A DNA stretch of 24,000 nucleotides, taken from NCBI GenBank assembly GCA_030694975.1, contig JAUYTU010000030.1, positions 1 through 24,000 on the forward strand, written 5' to 3'. Source of the stretch: Erysipelotrichaceae bacterium. GTDB taxonomy: Bacteria; Bacillota_I; Bacilli_A; Erysipelotrichales; Erysipelotrichaceae. This document shows positions 14,620 through 23,165 of this stretch, piece after piece. The notes under the pieces are model-generated. The model was not told where the DNA came from and ran no database searches. It worked only from the letters and a program-made list of their open reading frames with translations. Position 1 is the first letter of the stretch. Every line of letters starts with the position of its first letter. Position numbers and translations under genes: made by a program.

Positions 14620-15546
14620 ATGGATCATTTGGTTAGTGTTATTGTACCGATTTATAATGTTGAGAGGTTTTTAGAGCGCTGTTTTGAGAGCATACTTAGT
14701 CAAACGTACAAGAATTTTGAAATTATTGCGATTGATGACGGATCGAAAGATAACAGCCCGGCAATCTTAGATCAATGGGCAAAAAGAGACAGCCGTATCA
14801 AAGCGACACATCAAAAAAACGTGGGTGTTGCAGCTACGAGAAACAATGGCTTAAAATTAGCTCAAGGTGAATATGTTTTGTTTGTGGATAGTGATGATAC
14901 CATTTCGCCACTGGGCATGGATCGTTTGGTCAAAAAAGCGGTTGCATCCGATTTGGATATTGCCTATGGCGCGGGATTTCGAATCAGTATCACCGGAAAA
15001 GTTGCGGTACCGACCAACAAACCTGAGAATATTCATGAGCAGGTTCTAAGTGGTCCGGAATATATGGAAAAGGCCATTCGATCAAAATCGTATAACAATG
15101 GCGTATGGAATAAGTTGTATAAGCGTTCTTTTCTTGTTGATAATGAATTATGGTTTAAAGAGGGATTGGTTTATGAAGATCTCCTTTGGTCACCTCAAGT
15201 GTTTATGAAAGCGAAAAGAGTTCAGTTTGTTGATACTGATTTTGCGAACATATTCGTACGCCATGGCGCAATCACGCAAGATCCTTACAATCTTTCAATA
15301 CGTCATCATGACAGTCTGTATATTTTTGACACATTGACCGATATGTATCTGAATGCTCAGATCAGCGAAACGCAACGCATGGTCTTTTTGGACTATGTAA
15401 CCAACCGAAGAATAAATCTGCTGAAAACCTATCGGTCATTTTACTCGAAAGAACAAATCGATGATAATATGAGTAAAATCAGAAAGTATACCAAGCTGTG
15501 GAGTACACGAGTCAATGCTTTTTCTCTTAAATTCCGCCCAAGATAA
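14620..15546 (+). CDS. Family 2 glycosyltransferase (GT-A fold)
   Basis: VSVIVPIYNVE.FL..C..S...QTY.N.EII.IDDGS.D and the DxD motif VDSDD. The start is placed at the ATG at 14620, with a gggag RBS 6 nt upstream, rather than at the track start 14551. Confidence 0.9.
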   Translation: MDHLVSVIVPIYNVERFLERCFESILSQTYKNFEIIAIDDGSKDNSPAILDQWAKRDSRIKATHQKNVGVAATRNNGLKLAQGEYVLFVDSDDTISPLGMDRLVKKAVASDLDIAYGAGFRISITGKVAVPTNKPENIHEQVLSGPEYMEKAIRSKSYNNGVWNKLYKRSFLVDNELWFKEGLVYEDLLWSPQVFMKAKRVQFVDTDFANIFVRHGAITQDPYNLSIRHHDSLYIFDTLTDMYLNAQISETQRMVFLDYVTNRRINLLKTYRSFYSKEQIDDNMSKIRKYTKLWSTRVNAFSLKFRPR

Positions 15547-15554
15547 GGTATCTT

Positions 15555-15588
15555 AACCTCAAATGAATAGTTTGAGGTTTTTTATTTG
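15555..15588 (+). terminator. Rho-independent terminator after the GT2 gene
   Basis: 9-bp stem aacctcaaa (15555-15563) / tttgaggtt (15571-15579), 7-nt loop, then ttttatttg. Confidence 0.8.
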
Positions 15589-15645
15589 TCATGTGGGATA
15601 TAATATAGTTAATCGATCATAAACGATTGAATTAAGGGGGAAAAA

Positions 15646-16275
15646 GTGAATATTAAAATTTCCGAACAAAAACTCCACTTAATACTGCTTATCATCGGTC
15701 TTGTTGTTCTTGTGTGGTCATACATAGATCACAGACTGATGTTTGGTTGGATCTTATTAATTACGCCGATTATCATGGTTACCGCGCTGTTTATGTTAAC
15801 ATATAAGAAATTCACATTTACAACACTCGTATATGTGTTAGGATTTTTGTATGCCTGCCTTTTAATGGTAGGGGCCAAATACACATACACCTATGTGCCA
15901 CTTTTTGATTACATAAGTGACATCTTCGGATGGTCAAGAAATTACTATGATCGTGTAGCACATTTCGCTCAGGGTTTCGTTCCTTTTTTGGTATTCAGGG
16001 AGTACCTTCTTAGAAAAGGAATTTTAAATAAAGGCAAACTCAATAACCTGGTCATCCTAGCCATGGTCTTGGGATTTTCAGCTACCTGGGAACTGTTAGA
16101 ATATACAACATCCGAACTATCGGGGATGTCCCAATCGTTTGTTTTAGATATGCAAGGCGATATCTGGGATACACAACTCGATATGCTCTCGGCGCTGATT
16201 GGGGCCATAACCTCATCGATATTGTTAGGGAAGTATCATATGCAACTTATTATGAAGAAAATGAGCAATGAGTAA
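15646..16275 (+). CDS. DUF2238-family inner-membrane protein (E. coli YjdF-like)
   Basis: 209 aa and multi-TM. Blocks resemble my recollection of E. coli YjdF: MVGAKYTY..VPLF, RN.YD...HF.QGFVP.L..RE.L.R, GDIWDTQ.DM..AL.GA. GTG start with an aaggggg RBS 5 nt upstream. Confidence 0.7.
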   Translation: MNIKISEQKLHLILLIIGLVVLVWSYIDHRLMFGWILLITPIIMVTALFMLTYKKFTFTTLVYVLGFLYACLLMVGAKYTYTYVPLFDYISDIFGWSRNYYDRVAHFAQGFVPFLVFREYLLRKGILNKGKLNNLVILAMVLGFSATWELLEYTTSELSGMSQSFVLDMQGDIWDTQLDMLSALIGAITSSILLGKYHMQLIMKKMSNE

Positions 16276-16295
16276 ACATGAACAAGGAGGTCAAT

Positions 16296-17213
16296 ATGTT
16301 CGAAAAATATTTGGATATCAGCCGTGAAGTCAAAAGTGCTATAGAAAACAATCAACCGGTGGTCGCATTGGAATCAACGATTATTTCTCATGGAATGCCA
16401 TATCCCAAAAACGTCGAAACAGCTCTGAAAGTTGAGCAGATCGTTCGTGATTACGGAGCAGTTCCGGCGACGATTGCAATTTTAAACGGTCGGCTGAAAG
16501 TCGGTTTAAGTGCTGATGAAATTGAAATGTTGGGAAAAACCAAAGATGTAGTCAAATCATCGCGCCGAGACATTCCGTTTATCATTGCCAAAGGACTTAA
16601 TGGGGCTACGACGGTCGCTTCGACCATGATTCTTGCGGATTTAGCCGGTATCCGCATATTTGCGACCGGAGGAGTCGGTGGTGTTCATCGAGGTGCTGAA
16701 ACTTCGTTTGATATTTCAGCCGATTTAATTGAACTTGCACAGACCGATGTTGCGGTTGTTTGTGCCGGTGCTAAATCAATTCTTGATATTGGCTTAACAC
16801 TAGAATACCTGGAGACCCATGGTGTTGCGGTGGTTGGTTATCAAACCGATGAGCTTCCAGCGTTTTATACAAGCAAAAGCGGATTTCCGGTAGATTATCG
16901 TGTGGATGATCCTCAACAACTTGCCTTAGCTATCAAAGCTAAATGGGATTTGAATTTAAGAGGAGGTCTGCTTGTGGCGAATCCGATTCCTAAGGAGTAT
17001 GAGATGGATCCGAAAGTAATTGATGAAGCGATTCAAGAAGCGATTCGACAACAGACTGCATTGGGCATCAAGGGCAAAGAAAGTACACCGTTTCTATTAG
17101 CGAAAGTCAAGGAACTGACCGGTGGAGACAGTCTGGATTCCAATATTCAATTGGTTTATAACAATGCTAAGGTGGCAGCACAGTTGGCGGTAGAATTTAG
17201 TAAACTTAAATAA
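16296..17213 (+). CDS. psuG: Pseudouridine-5'-phosphate glycosidase
   Basis: PsuG/YeiN (IndA family) blocks are present: VVALEST.ISHGMPYP.N, ATGG.GGVHRGAE.S.DISADL.EL, VVCAGAKSILD. The start is placed at the ATG at 16296, with an aaggagg RBS 5 nt upstream. The track start at 16278 would bury that RBS inside the ORF. Confidence 0.92.
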   Translation: MFEKYLDISREVKSAIENNQPVVALESTIISHGMPYPKNVETALKVEQIVRDYGAVPATIAILNGRLKVGLSADEIEMLGKTKDVVKSSRRDIPFIIAKGLNGATTVASTMILADLAGIRIFATGGVGGVHRGAETSFDISADLIELAQTDVAVVCAGAKSILDIGLTLEYLETHGVAVVGYQTDELPAFYTSKSGFPVDYRVDDPQQLALAIKAKWDLNLRGGLLVANPIPKEYEMDPKVIDEAIQEAIRQQTALGIKGKESTPFLLAKVKELTGGDSLDSNIQLVYNNAKVAAQLAVEFSKLK

Positions 17214-17220
17214 CAAAAGA

Positions 17221-17260
17221 AAAAGATGGTTGATCACGTATGTGAAGACCATCTTTTTTT
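17221..17260 (+). terminator. Rho-independent terminator after psuG
   Basis: Outer stem aaaagatggt / accatctttt, inner pairing tcac/gtga, followed by a long T run (17254-17260). Confidence 0.8.
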
Positions 17261-17463
17261 GGTAAATAGTCATTAATTTATGATATGGAGAATACATAAA
17301 TCGATTAACACGAACTCTGACAATCATGATTATTGAATTTTCATCGGATACAATCTATACTTGCTAGTAAAGTAGAAGAAAGTTTTCTAAAGCAATTTGA
17401 GATAGGCATTGAATCATTACTAATAACATCGTAATCTTAAAGTAGTATAAAAGGGGAAAAAGT

Positions 17464-18462
17464 ATGAGTAAATATAAGTTTATAAAAAAAGTGGAAGAGA
17501 TGATAAAAACAGAAGACATCGCAACATTACGATTGATTGGACCACTTCTCAAATATGTGCCTGGAAAATTTCAAGCGAAAGCCATGGAAAGTTCAAGCAA
17601 GGATAATCCTTATTTAGGTTTTGTTGTGGAACCGTACAGTACTTTCTTATTCTACGAACTAATTGATTTAGATTGGGCCAGAAAGTTAATTCCTGATGGT
17701 TTTGAATTAGAGAAGACGAATGTTTTTAACGATGGAGAAGCGAAATATTACATCGCTTTTGCATCTTTTAATGTAAAAACACCGGCGTTTGCGGGTACTC
17801 GATTGGAAGTCAATGTGATCGCCCGAAGTAAGAAAACAGGGCTTATCAGCTGGATCATTGTCGACTACGATACCAATACCTTAAGTCATGATTCTCTTAA
17901 AGGAGTTATCGATTACACCACAAAGCAGGCCGTTTTTACCACGGACTACGCGGGTAATATTATCGTAGATATAACCAACCCTGAGAAAAACAGGTCATTA
18001 GTTTTTGATTTGGACAGTAATGATGCTGAATATAAAATGTTGGAGAGAAATTTCTGGTTGGAGGGAAACTTATCGGTCGGATATGGCAGAGAAATATCAA
18101 GAAATTCTCCCAGTGCCTTTGCAATGAAGTTTGACCCTAGGGAAGTTGAGCAAGCGTATAGAGTAGACTTGAATAAGATAAGTTCAATAAAAAATACCTG
18201 GTATCCGGGATTGTTTAAAGATCAAGTTGATGAGGTCTTATATTTTCCCTTTGCCCAGCACTTTTTATCCGATAGCCCCGGCAGTTATAGTGAACATGAT
18301 AATGTAGATGAAATGATTAAAGAATTTGAGAATTTAGACTTGGATAATATACCGCCTTATTCCGTAGAATCGTTGAGAAAAATGATTAAGATAGGTATAG
18401 TGAGCAATTCAGTCTTTATAACAATACTGCTTTTGATAATATTGGCATTATTGATAAAATAG
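17464..18462 (+). CDS. Hypothetical tail-anchored protein. It may have an acetoacetate-decarboxylase-like (DUF2071-type) beta-cone fold.
   Basis: 332-aa ORF with a good RBS (aagggga, 6 nt) and a single C-terminal TM helix (IGIVSNSVFITILLLIILALLIK). The N-terminal half has a pattern reminiscent of DUF2071 (F.YE.....AR.L.P.GFEL......DG.A.....SF........G.RLEVNV.AR). That fold assignment is weak. Confidence 0.75.
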   Translation: MSKYKFIKKVEEMIKTEDIATLRLIGPLLKYVPGKFQAKAMESSSKDNPYLGFVVEPYSTFLFYELIDLDWARKLIPDGFELEKTNVFNDGEAKYYIAFASFNVKTPAFAGTRLEVNVIARSKKTGLISWIIVDYDTNTLSHDSLKGVIDYTTKQAVFTTDYAGNIIVDITNPEKNRSLVFDLDSNDAEYKMLERNFWLEGNLSVGYGREISRNSPSAFAMKFDPREVEQAYRVDLNKISSIKNTWYPGLFKDQVDEVLYFPFAQHFLSDSPGSYSEHDNVDEMIKEFENLDLDNIPPYSVESLRKMIKIGIVSNSVFITILLLIILALLIK

Positions 18463-18478
18463 AAAACTTAGTCGTAAT

Positions 18479-18519
18479 AACCTGCAATCGAGCATACGTG
18501 AGAGCAGGTTTTTATTTTG
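18479..18519 (+). terminator. Probable terminator after the orphan gene
   Basis: 7-bp stem aacctgc (18479-18485) / gcaggtt (18504-18510) followed by tttttatttt. The 18-nt loop is large. Confidence 0.5.
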
Positions 18520-18637
18520 AGGAAAATCATCCCATCGAAAATTGATTTTCTATGCATCGGACCGCGTTTTTTTGATCGGTCAATAAGATGTTAGCATTCG
18601 CACGGCTCTTTTAGATAATAGCATAAGTTCACATCGG

Positions 18638-18666
18638 TTGACCTTTCACAAGTCAGAGCATAGGAT
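18638..18666 (+). promoter_or_regulatory. Candidate promoter of lplA (and possibly pdhABCD)
   Basis: ttgacc (18638-18643), 17-nt spacer, taggat (18661-18666). The track's TTG start at 18638 coincides with this -35. Confidence 0.35.
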
Positions 18667-18688
18667 AAAGATAAGGGAGAGTGATGGA

Positions 18689-19675
18689 ATGCGCTATTTG
18701 CTAAACAAATCAACAAATCCTTATTTTAACTTAGCGCTTGATGAATATGCTTTAAAGCATATTCATCTCGATGAAGATTTCTTCTTTTTATGGCGAAATG
18801 AACCTTCTGTTATTGTTGGTAAAAATCAAAATACCTTAGAAGAGATTAATCAGGCGTTTATTGATAAGAATAATATAAAAGTCGCTCGACGAGTATCAGG
18901 AGGCGGAGCTGTTTACCATGATTTAGGTAATTTGAACTTTACGTTTATTATGAATGTTGATGATCCAGGTGAAGTTAGTTATAAAAAATTCGTTCAACCG
19001 GTTATAGATGCACTCGCACAAATGGGTGTCAGAGCGGAAGCTTCGGGTAGAAACGATATTCTGATTAATGGTTTGAAGATTTCCGGGAATGCACAACGTA
19101 TGGCCAATAAAAAGTTGATGCACCATGGAACCTTACTTTATGATGTAAATATTGAAAATTTAGTACAGGCATTGCATGTCGCTGACGATAAATATATTTC
19201 TAACGGTGTAAAATCAGTTCGCTCAAGAGTTACAAATATAAAGGAACATTTACCCGATAGTACCGACATTGTTGACTTTTGGGATTCATTGCATTTTTTT
19301 CTGTCCAACAAAGGGAAAGACAAGGAAATTGTATTGAATGAAAAAGAAATTGCGAAGATTGAATTTGAAGCGATGAACCGATTTGCAACGTGGGATTGGA
19401 TCTATGGTAAATCCCCAGAATTTAACTTCGTGAATAAGAAGCGATTTAAAGGCGGAAGCCTTGAAGTTAAAGCCGATGTGAAGCATGGACATATTCAATC
19501 CATTCGTTTTATGGGCGATTACATAGGATTAAAAGATGTGGATGCGATTGAAGCAATAGTAAAGAATATCCGCTTCCATCGGACTGACATCGATCATCGG
19601 TTGAGTGAATATGATTTGGGAATATATTTTGGTGATATAAATAAAGAAGAAATTTTGTCACTAATGTTCGATTGA
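18689..19675 (+). CDS. lplA: Lipoate-protein ligase A (LplA/LplJ)
   Basis: N-terminal NPYFNLA.DEY, RR.SGGGAVYHD.GN.NF, the lysine motif region GLKISGNAQ, and HGTLL. The start is placed at the ATG at 18689, downstream of an agggaga RBS. Confidence 0.9.
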   Translation: MRYLLNKSTNPYFNLALDEYALKHIHLDEDFFFLWRNEPSVIVGKNQNTLEEINQAFIDKNNIKVARRVSGGGAVYHDLGNLNFTFIMNVDDPGEVSYKKFVQPVIDALAQMGVRAEASGRNDILINGLKISGNAQRMANKKLMHHGTLLYDVNIENLVQALHVADDKYISNGVKSVRSRVTNIKEHLPDSTDIVDFWDSLHFFLSNKGKDKEIVLNEKEIAKIEFEAMNRFATWDWIYGKSPEFNFVNKKRFKGGSLEVKADVKHGHIQSIRFMGDYIGLKDVDAIEAIVKNIRFHRTDIDHRLSEYDLGIYFGDINKEEILSLMFD

Positions 19676-19738
19676 ATATCATGAACAAAAAGCATGTGAT
19701 AATCAGTTGTTTGTAAACAGAAAGGATCCGATATAAAC

Positions 19739-20854
19739 ATGACAGATAACAAGAAAGACATGAAATTTGATTTTGCCGCTCACCTACAATCCGTTGAAGA
19801 GAACTATAAGATGATTCAGATACTCGATGAAAAGGGGAAAGTTGTTAATAGTGATCTAGTACCTGATTTAAGTGATGAACAGCTTGTTCAGTTATTTAAA
19901 GATATGTTGTGGTCACGTGCTCTAAATGATCGTTGCACAATATTGGCCCGTCAGGGACGTTTAGGGTTTTTTGGACCCACCGCCGGGCAAGAAGCGAGTC
20001 AATTAGGTAGTTACCTTGCATTTGAAAAAAACGACTTTCTGCTCCCGGGATATCGTGATTTTCCTCAATTAGTAAAGCATGGCTTGCCGCTTCACAAAGC
20101 TTTCCTTTGGAGCAGAGGTCATGTTGAAGGGGGCCAATTTCCTGAAGATCTAAATGCCATTCTTCCTCAAGTCATTATTGGTGCGCAAATTACGCAGGCT
20201 GCCGGTGTGGGTCTGGGCATGAAAAAGCGAGGCATAAAACAAGTGGTGTTTACGTATACCGGGGATGGCGGTACATCTCAAGGGGATTTCTATGAAGGAA
20301 TGAACTTTGCGGGAGCATTTAAAGCGCCGGTCGTTTTCTTTGTTCAAAACAACCAATATGCCATTTCTACGCATTGGCGCAAACAAACCGCCGCAAATAC
20401 GTTAGCACAAAAGGCAGCTGCCGCAGGTATTCCGGGAGTATTGGTAGATGGAATGGATCCGTTGGCTGTCTATGCTGTATCAAAGGCTGCTCGTGATTGG
20501 GCACTTGCCGGAAACGGTCCGGTTTTAATTGAGACCTATACTTCCCGATTCCAACCTCACTCTCTGTCAGGGGATGATCCGAAATTATACCGCGATGAAG
20601 CCAGTTTCGTTGAATGGGAAGCCAAAGACCCTTTGACTCGTACACGTATTTACCTAACTGAAAAAGGGTTGTGGAATAAGAATGACGAAGAGGATCTTAT
20701 TAAGCAATTTGACAAAGAAATTTTAGATGAAGTTAAAATTGCAGATAATGCACCAAAGCAAAAAGTTTCTCAGTTTTTGGAGTTAATGTTTGAGGAACCA
20801 ACCCAAACATTGAAAGAGCAAATTGAGTATTATAAACAGAAGGAGGGGAATTGA
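19739..20854 (+). CDS. pdhA: Pyruvate dehydrogenase E1 component, alpha subunit
   Basis: 371 aa collinear with Bacillus-type PdhA (RQGRLGF..PTAGQEA, TPP-binding GDGGTSQGDFYEG.NFA). The visible RBS is weak. Confidence 0.9.
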   Translation: MTDNKKDMKFDFAAHLQSVEENYKMIQILDEKGKVVNSDLVPDLSDEQLVQLFKDMLWSRALNDRCTILARQGRLGFFGPTAGQEASQLGSYLAFEKNDFLLPGYRDFPQLVKHGLPLHKAFLWSRGHVEGGQFPEDLNAILPQVIIGAQITQAAGVGLGMKKRGIKQVVFTYTGDGGTSQGDFYEGMNFAGAFKAPVVFFVQNNQYAISTHWRKQTAANTLAQKAAAAGIPGVLVDGMDPLAVYAVSKAARDWALAGNGPVLIETYTSRFQPHSLSGDDPKLYRDEASFVEWEAKDPLTRTRIYLTEKGLWNKNDEEDLIKQFDKEILDEVKIADNAPKQKVSQFLELMFEEPTQTLKEQIEYYKQKEGN

Positions 20855-20857
20855 TTC

Positions 20858-21856
20858 ATGGCTCAGTTAACAATGATTCAAGCGATTACCAATGCACTGG
20901 ATAATGCCCTTGAAAAAGATGAAAATACGTTGATCTTTGGTCAGGATGTCGGTTTAACCGGTGGTGTATTTAGAGCGACCCAAGGTTTACAAGCCAAGTA
21001 TGGTGAAGAACGTGTTTTTGATACGCCTTTAGCAGAATCTGGAATTGGCGGATTGGCGGTCGGTTTGGCATTTGAAAACTTCAAGCCAATACCTGAGATT
21101 CAGTTTTTTGGGTTCGTGTTTGAAACGATGGACGCCATTGCAGATCAAATGTCACGTACACGATATCGAACGGGGGGTACTCGAACGATGCCCATTACGA
21201 TTCGATCACCTTTTGGCGGTGGTGTGCATGCTCCCGAATCTCATTCAGATAGTCTTGAAGGTTTGATAGCTCAACTCCCGGGTATAAAAGTCGTTATTCC
21301 AAGCAATCCATACGATGCCAAAGGATTATTATTGGCATCCATTGAGGATAACGATCCCGTGATATTTTTAGAACATATGAAATTATATCGTTCGTTCAAA
21401 GAGGAAGTCCCAGAAGAATATTACACGGTTCCCCTTGGAAAAGCTAAAGTAGTTCAAGAAGGATCCGATGTAAGTATCGTAACGTATGGTTCCATGGTTC
21501 ATGAAGCCCTTAAAGTCGCAAAACAACTTCAAGAGGAGGGTATTTCCGTTGAAGTTATCGATTTAAGAACGGTATCTCCAATTGATGTTGAAACCATCGT
21601 TGTATCGGTGGAGAAGACCGGTCGATTGGTAGTCGTGCAAGAAGCACAACGTCAGGCAGGTGTTGCATCAACCATCATGGCTGAAATGGCAGAACGTAAA
21701 CGTGCGATTCTGGCATTGAAAGCACCGATCGGTCGCGTGAGTGCACCGGATAGTATTTATCCTTTTATGCTAGCAGAAAATGACTGGCTACCAAGCATAC
21801 AAACAATCACAGATAAAGTAAAAGAAGTATTCAACTTTGATAAGGAGGCTCAATAA
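20858..21856 (+). CDS. pdhB: Pyruvate dehydrogenase E1 component, beta subunit
   Basis: 332 aa, near-collinear with my recollection of B. subtilis PdhB ([67 protein letters not shown]). RBS aaggagggg. Confidence 0.95.
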   Translation: MAQLTMIQAITNALDNALEKDENTLIFGQDVGLTGGVFRATQGLQAKYGEERVFDTPLAESGIGGLAVGLAFENFKPIPEIQFFGFVFETMDAIADQMSRTRYRTGGTRTMPITIRSPFGGGVHAPESHSDSLEGLIAQLPGIKVVIPSNPYDAKGLLLASIEDNDPVIFLEHMKLYRSFKEEVPEEYYTVPLGKAKVVQEGSDVSIVTYGSMVHEALKVAKQLQEEGISVEVIDLRTVSPIDVETIVVSVEKTGRLVVVQEAQRQAGVASTIMAEMAERKRAILALKAPIGRVSAPDSIYPFMLAENDWLPSIQTITDKVKEVFNFDKEAQ

Positions 21857-23158
21857 ATGGCGTATGAAGAAAAACCATTAATTAAAGATGGTGAGAAAGA
21901 GCTAACATCTGAAAGTTCGACCTATATTTTCCGCTTGCCAAAAGTTGGAGAGGGGATCACGGAAGGAAAACTTGTCACGTGGCTTGTGTCTGTGGGAGAT
22001 GCAGTTACTGAAGATGAAGCTATTGTTGAAGTACAAAATGATAAACTATTACAAGAAGTACCTTCTCCTGTAACAGGCATTCTTTCAAAAATATTGGTTG
22101 AGGCGGGGAGTACAGCTCAAATTGAAGAAGCAATTGCTGAAATTAGGATTATGAGTCATGTTTCTTCAACAGATGAAGTAAAAGAAAATGAAAAAGATAA
22201 AGGGACGCAAGCCCGACCTTCAAAAGAAGAAAAAAATCAGTCCGTTGTCGCTGGAAGAGTATTGGCTATGCCGTCGGTACGTCAGTATGCCCGAGATAAA
22301 GGTGTTGAAATTCTGAATGTTTCCGGAAGTGGAAAGCATGATCATATAACCATCGAAGATATTGATGCATTCTTGGCTGTTCCAGCTAAAGAAGCGAAGA
22401 AAATCAATGCAGCCAAACAAACAACACAAGAAGCATATGCGATTGCGGAAACTTCCGATACGATTCGCGAAAAAATGTCTGTCACAAGACGTGCGATTTC
22501 AAAAGCGATGGTTAATTCACAACGACATGCATCCCATGTTTCAATTTTTGATGAAGTTGAAGTGTCGAAATTGATAGCTCATCGGAATCGTTTCAAAGAG
22601 GTTGCGGCTAACCAAGATATCAAATTAACTTACTTGGCCTACATGTCCAAAGCCGTGATTGCGGTATTGCGTAAATATCCGATACTTAATGCAAGTGTTG
22701 ATGAAGCCAATGATGAAATCGTGTATAAGAAATATTACAACTTGGGAATAGCTGTGGATACCCAACGCGGACTCTATGTGCCTAACATTAAGAATGCGGA
22801 TAGAAAAGGTATTTTCACGATTGCTAAAGAAATCGTTGATTTATCCGTTAAAGCCCATGAAGGCACGTTGGAGCCGAATGAAATGAAGGATGGGTCTACC
22901 ACGATTACAAGTATCGGACCGATCGGCGGGAAGTGGTTCACACCGATTATTAACTTCCCCGAAGTTGCGATTTTCGGTATGGGTAAAATTGAGAAGAAGC
23001 CGATTGTTTTGGAAGATAATACGCTAGGAATAGGAAACATTCTGCATTTATCCATGAGTTTTGATCATCGGATTGTTGATGGAGCGATTGCTCAGAAGGC
23101 AATGAATGAATTAAAACGATACATGGAAGATCCGGAACTCCTCTTAATGGAAGGATGA
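21857..23158 (+). CDS. pdhC: Dihydrolipoamide acetyltransferase (PDH E2)
   Basis: A single lipoyl domain (GEGITEG......V..GD.V.EDE....VQNDKL), a charged linker, the E3-binding domain ([20 protein letters not shown]...I), and a catalytic domain with the SFDHR..DGA motif. RBS aaggagg. The ATG directly follows the pdhB stop. Confidence 0.93.
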   Translation: MAYEEKPLIKDGEKELTSESSTYIFRLPKVGEGITEGKLVTWLVSVGDAVTEDEAIVEVQNDKLLQEVPSPVTGILSKILVEAGSTAQIEEAIAEIRIMSHVSSTDEVKENEKDKGTQARPSKEEKNQSVVAGRVLAMPSVRQYARDKGVEILNVSGSGKHDHITIEDIDAFLAVPAKEAKKINAAKQTTQEAYAIAETSDTIREKMSVTRRAISKAMVNSQRHASHVSIFDEVEVSKLIAHRNRFKEVAANQDIKLTYLAYMSKAVIAVLRKYPILNASVDEANDEIVYKKYYNLGIAVDTQRGLYVPNIKNADRKGIFTIAKEIVDLSVKAHEGTLEPNEMKDGSTTITSIGPIGGKWFTPIINFPEVAIFGMGKIEKKPIVLEDNTLGIGNILHLSMSFDHRIVDGAIAQKAMNELKRYMEDPELLLMEG

Positions 23159-23165
23159 TGATGAA

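Noticed and set aside
15547-15645. Possible yjdF-motif riboswitch upstream of the YjdF-like (DUF2238) gene
   Set aside because: The yjdF RNA motif belongs to the unrelated B. subtilis yjdF gene, not the E. coli YjdF/DUF2238 family. The 99-bp spacer is mostly occupied by the preceding terminator and leaves no room for a ~100-nt structured aptamer.
18522-18550. 8-bp-stem hairpin gaaaatca / tgattttc upstream of lplA as a riboswitch or attenuator
   Set aside because: It has a 13-nt loop, no U-tract and no alternative pairing partner, and it sits upstream of the candidate lplA promoter. I cannot assign a function. It is mentioned only under the orphan-gene finding.
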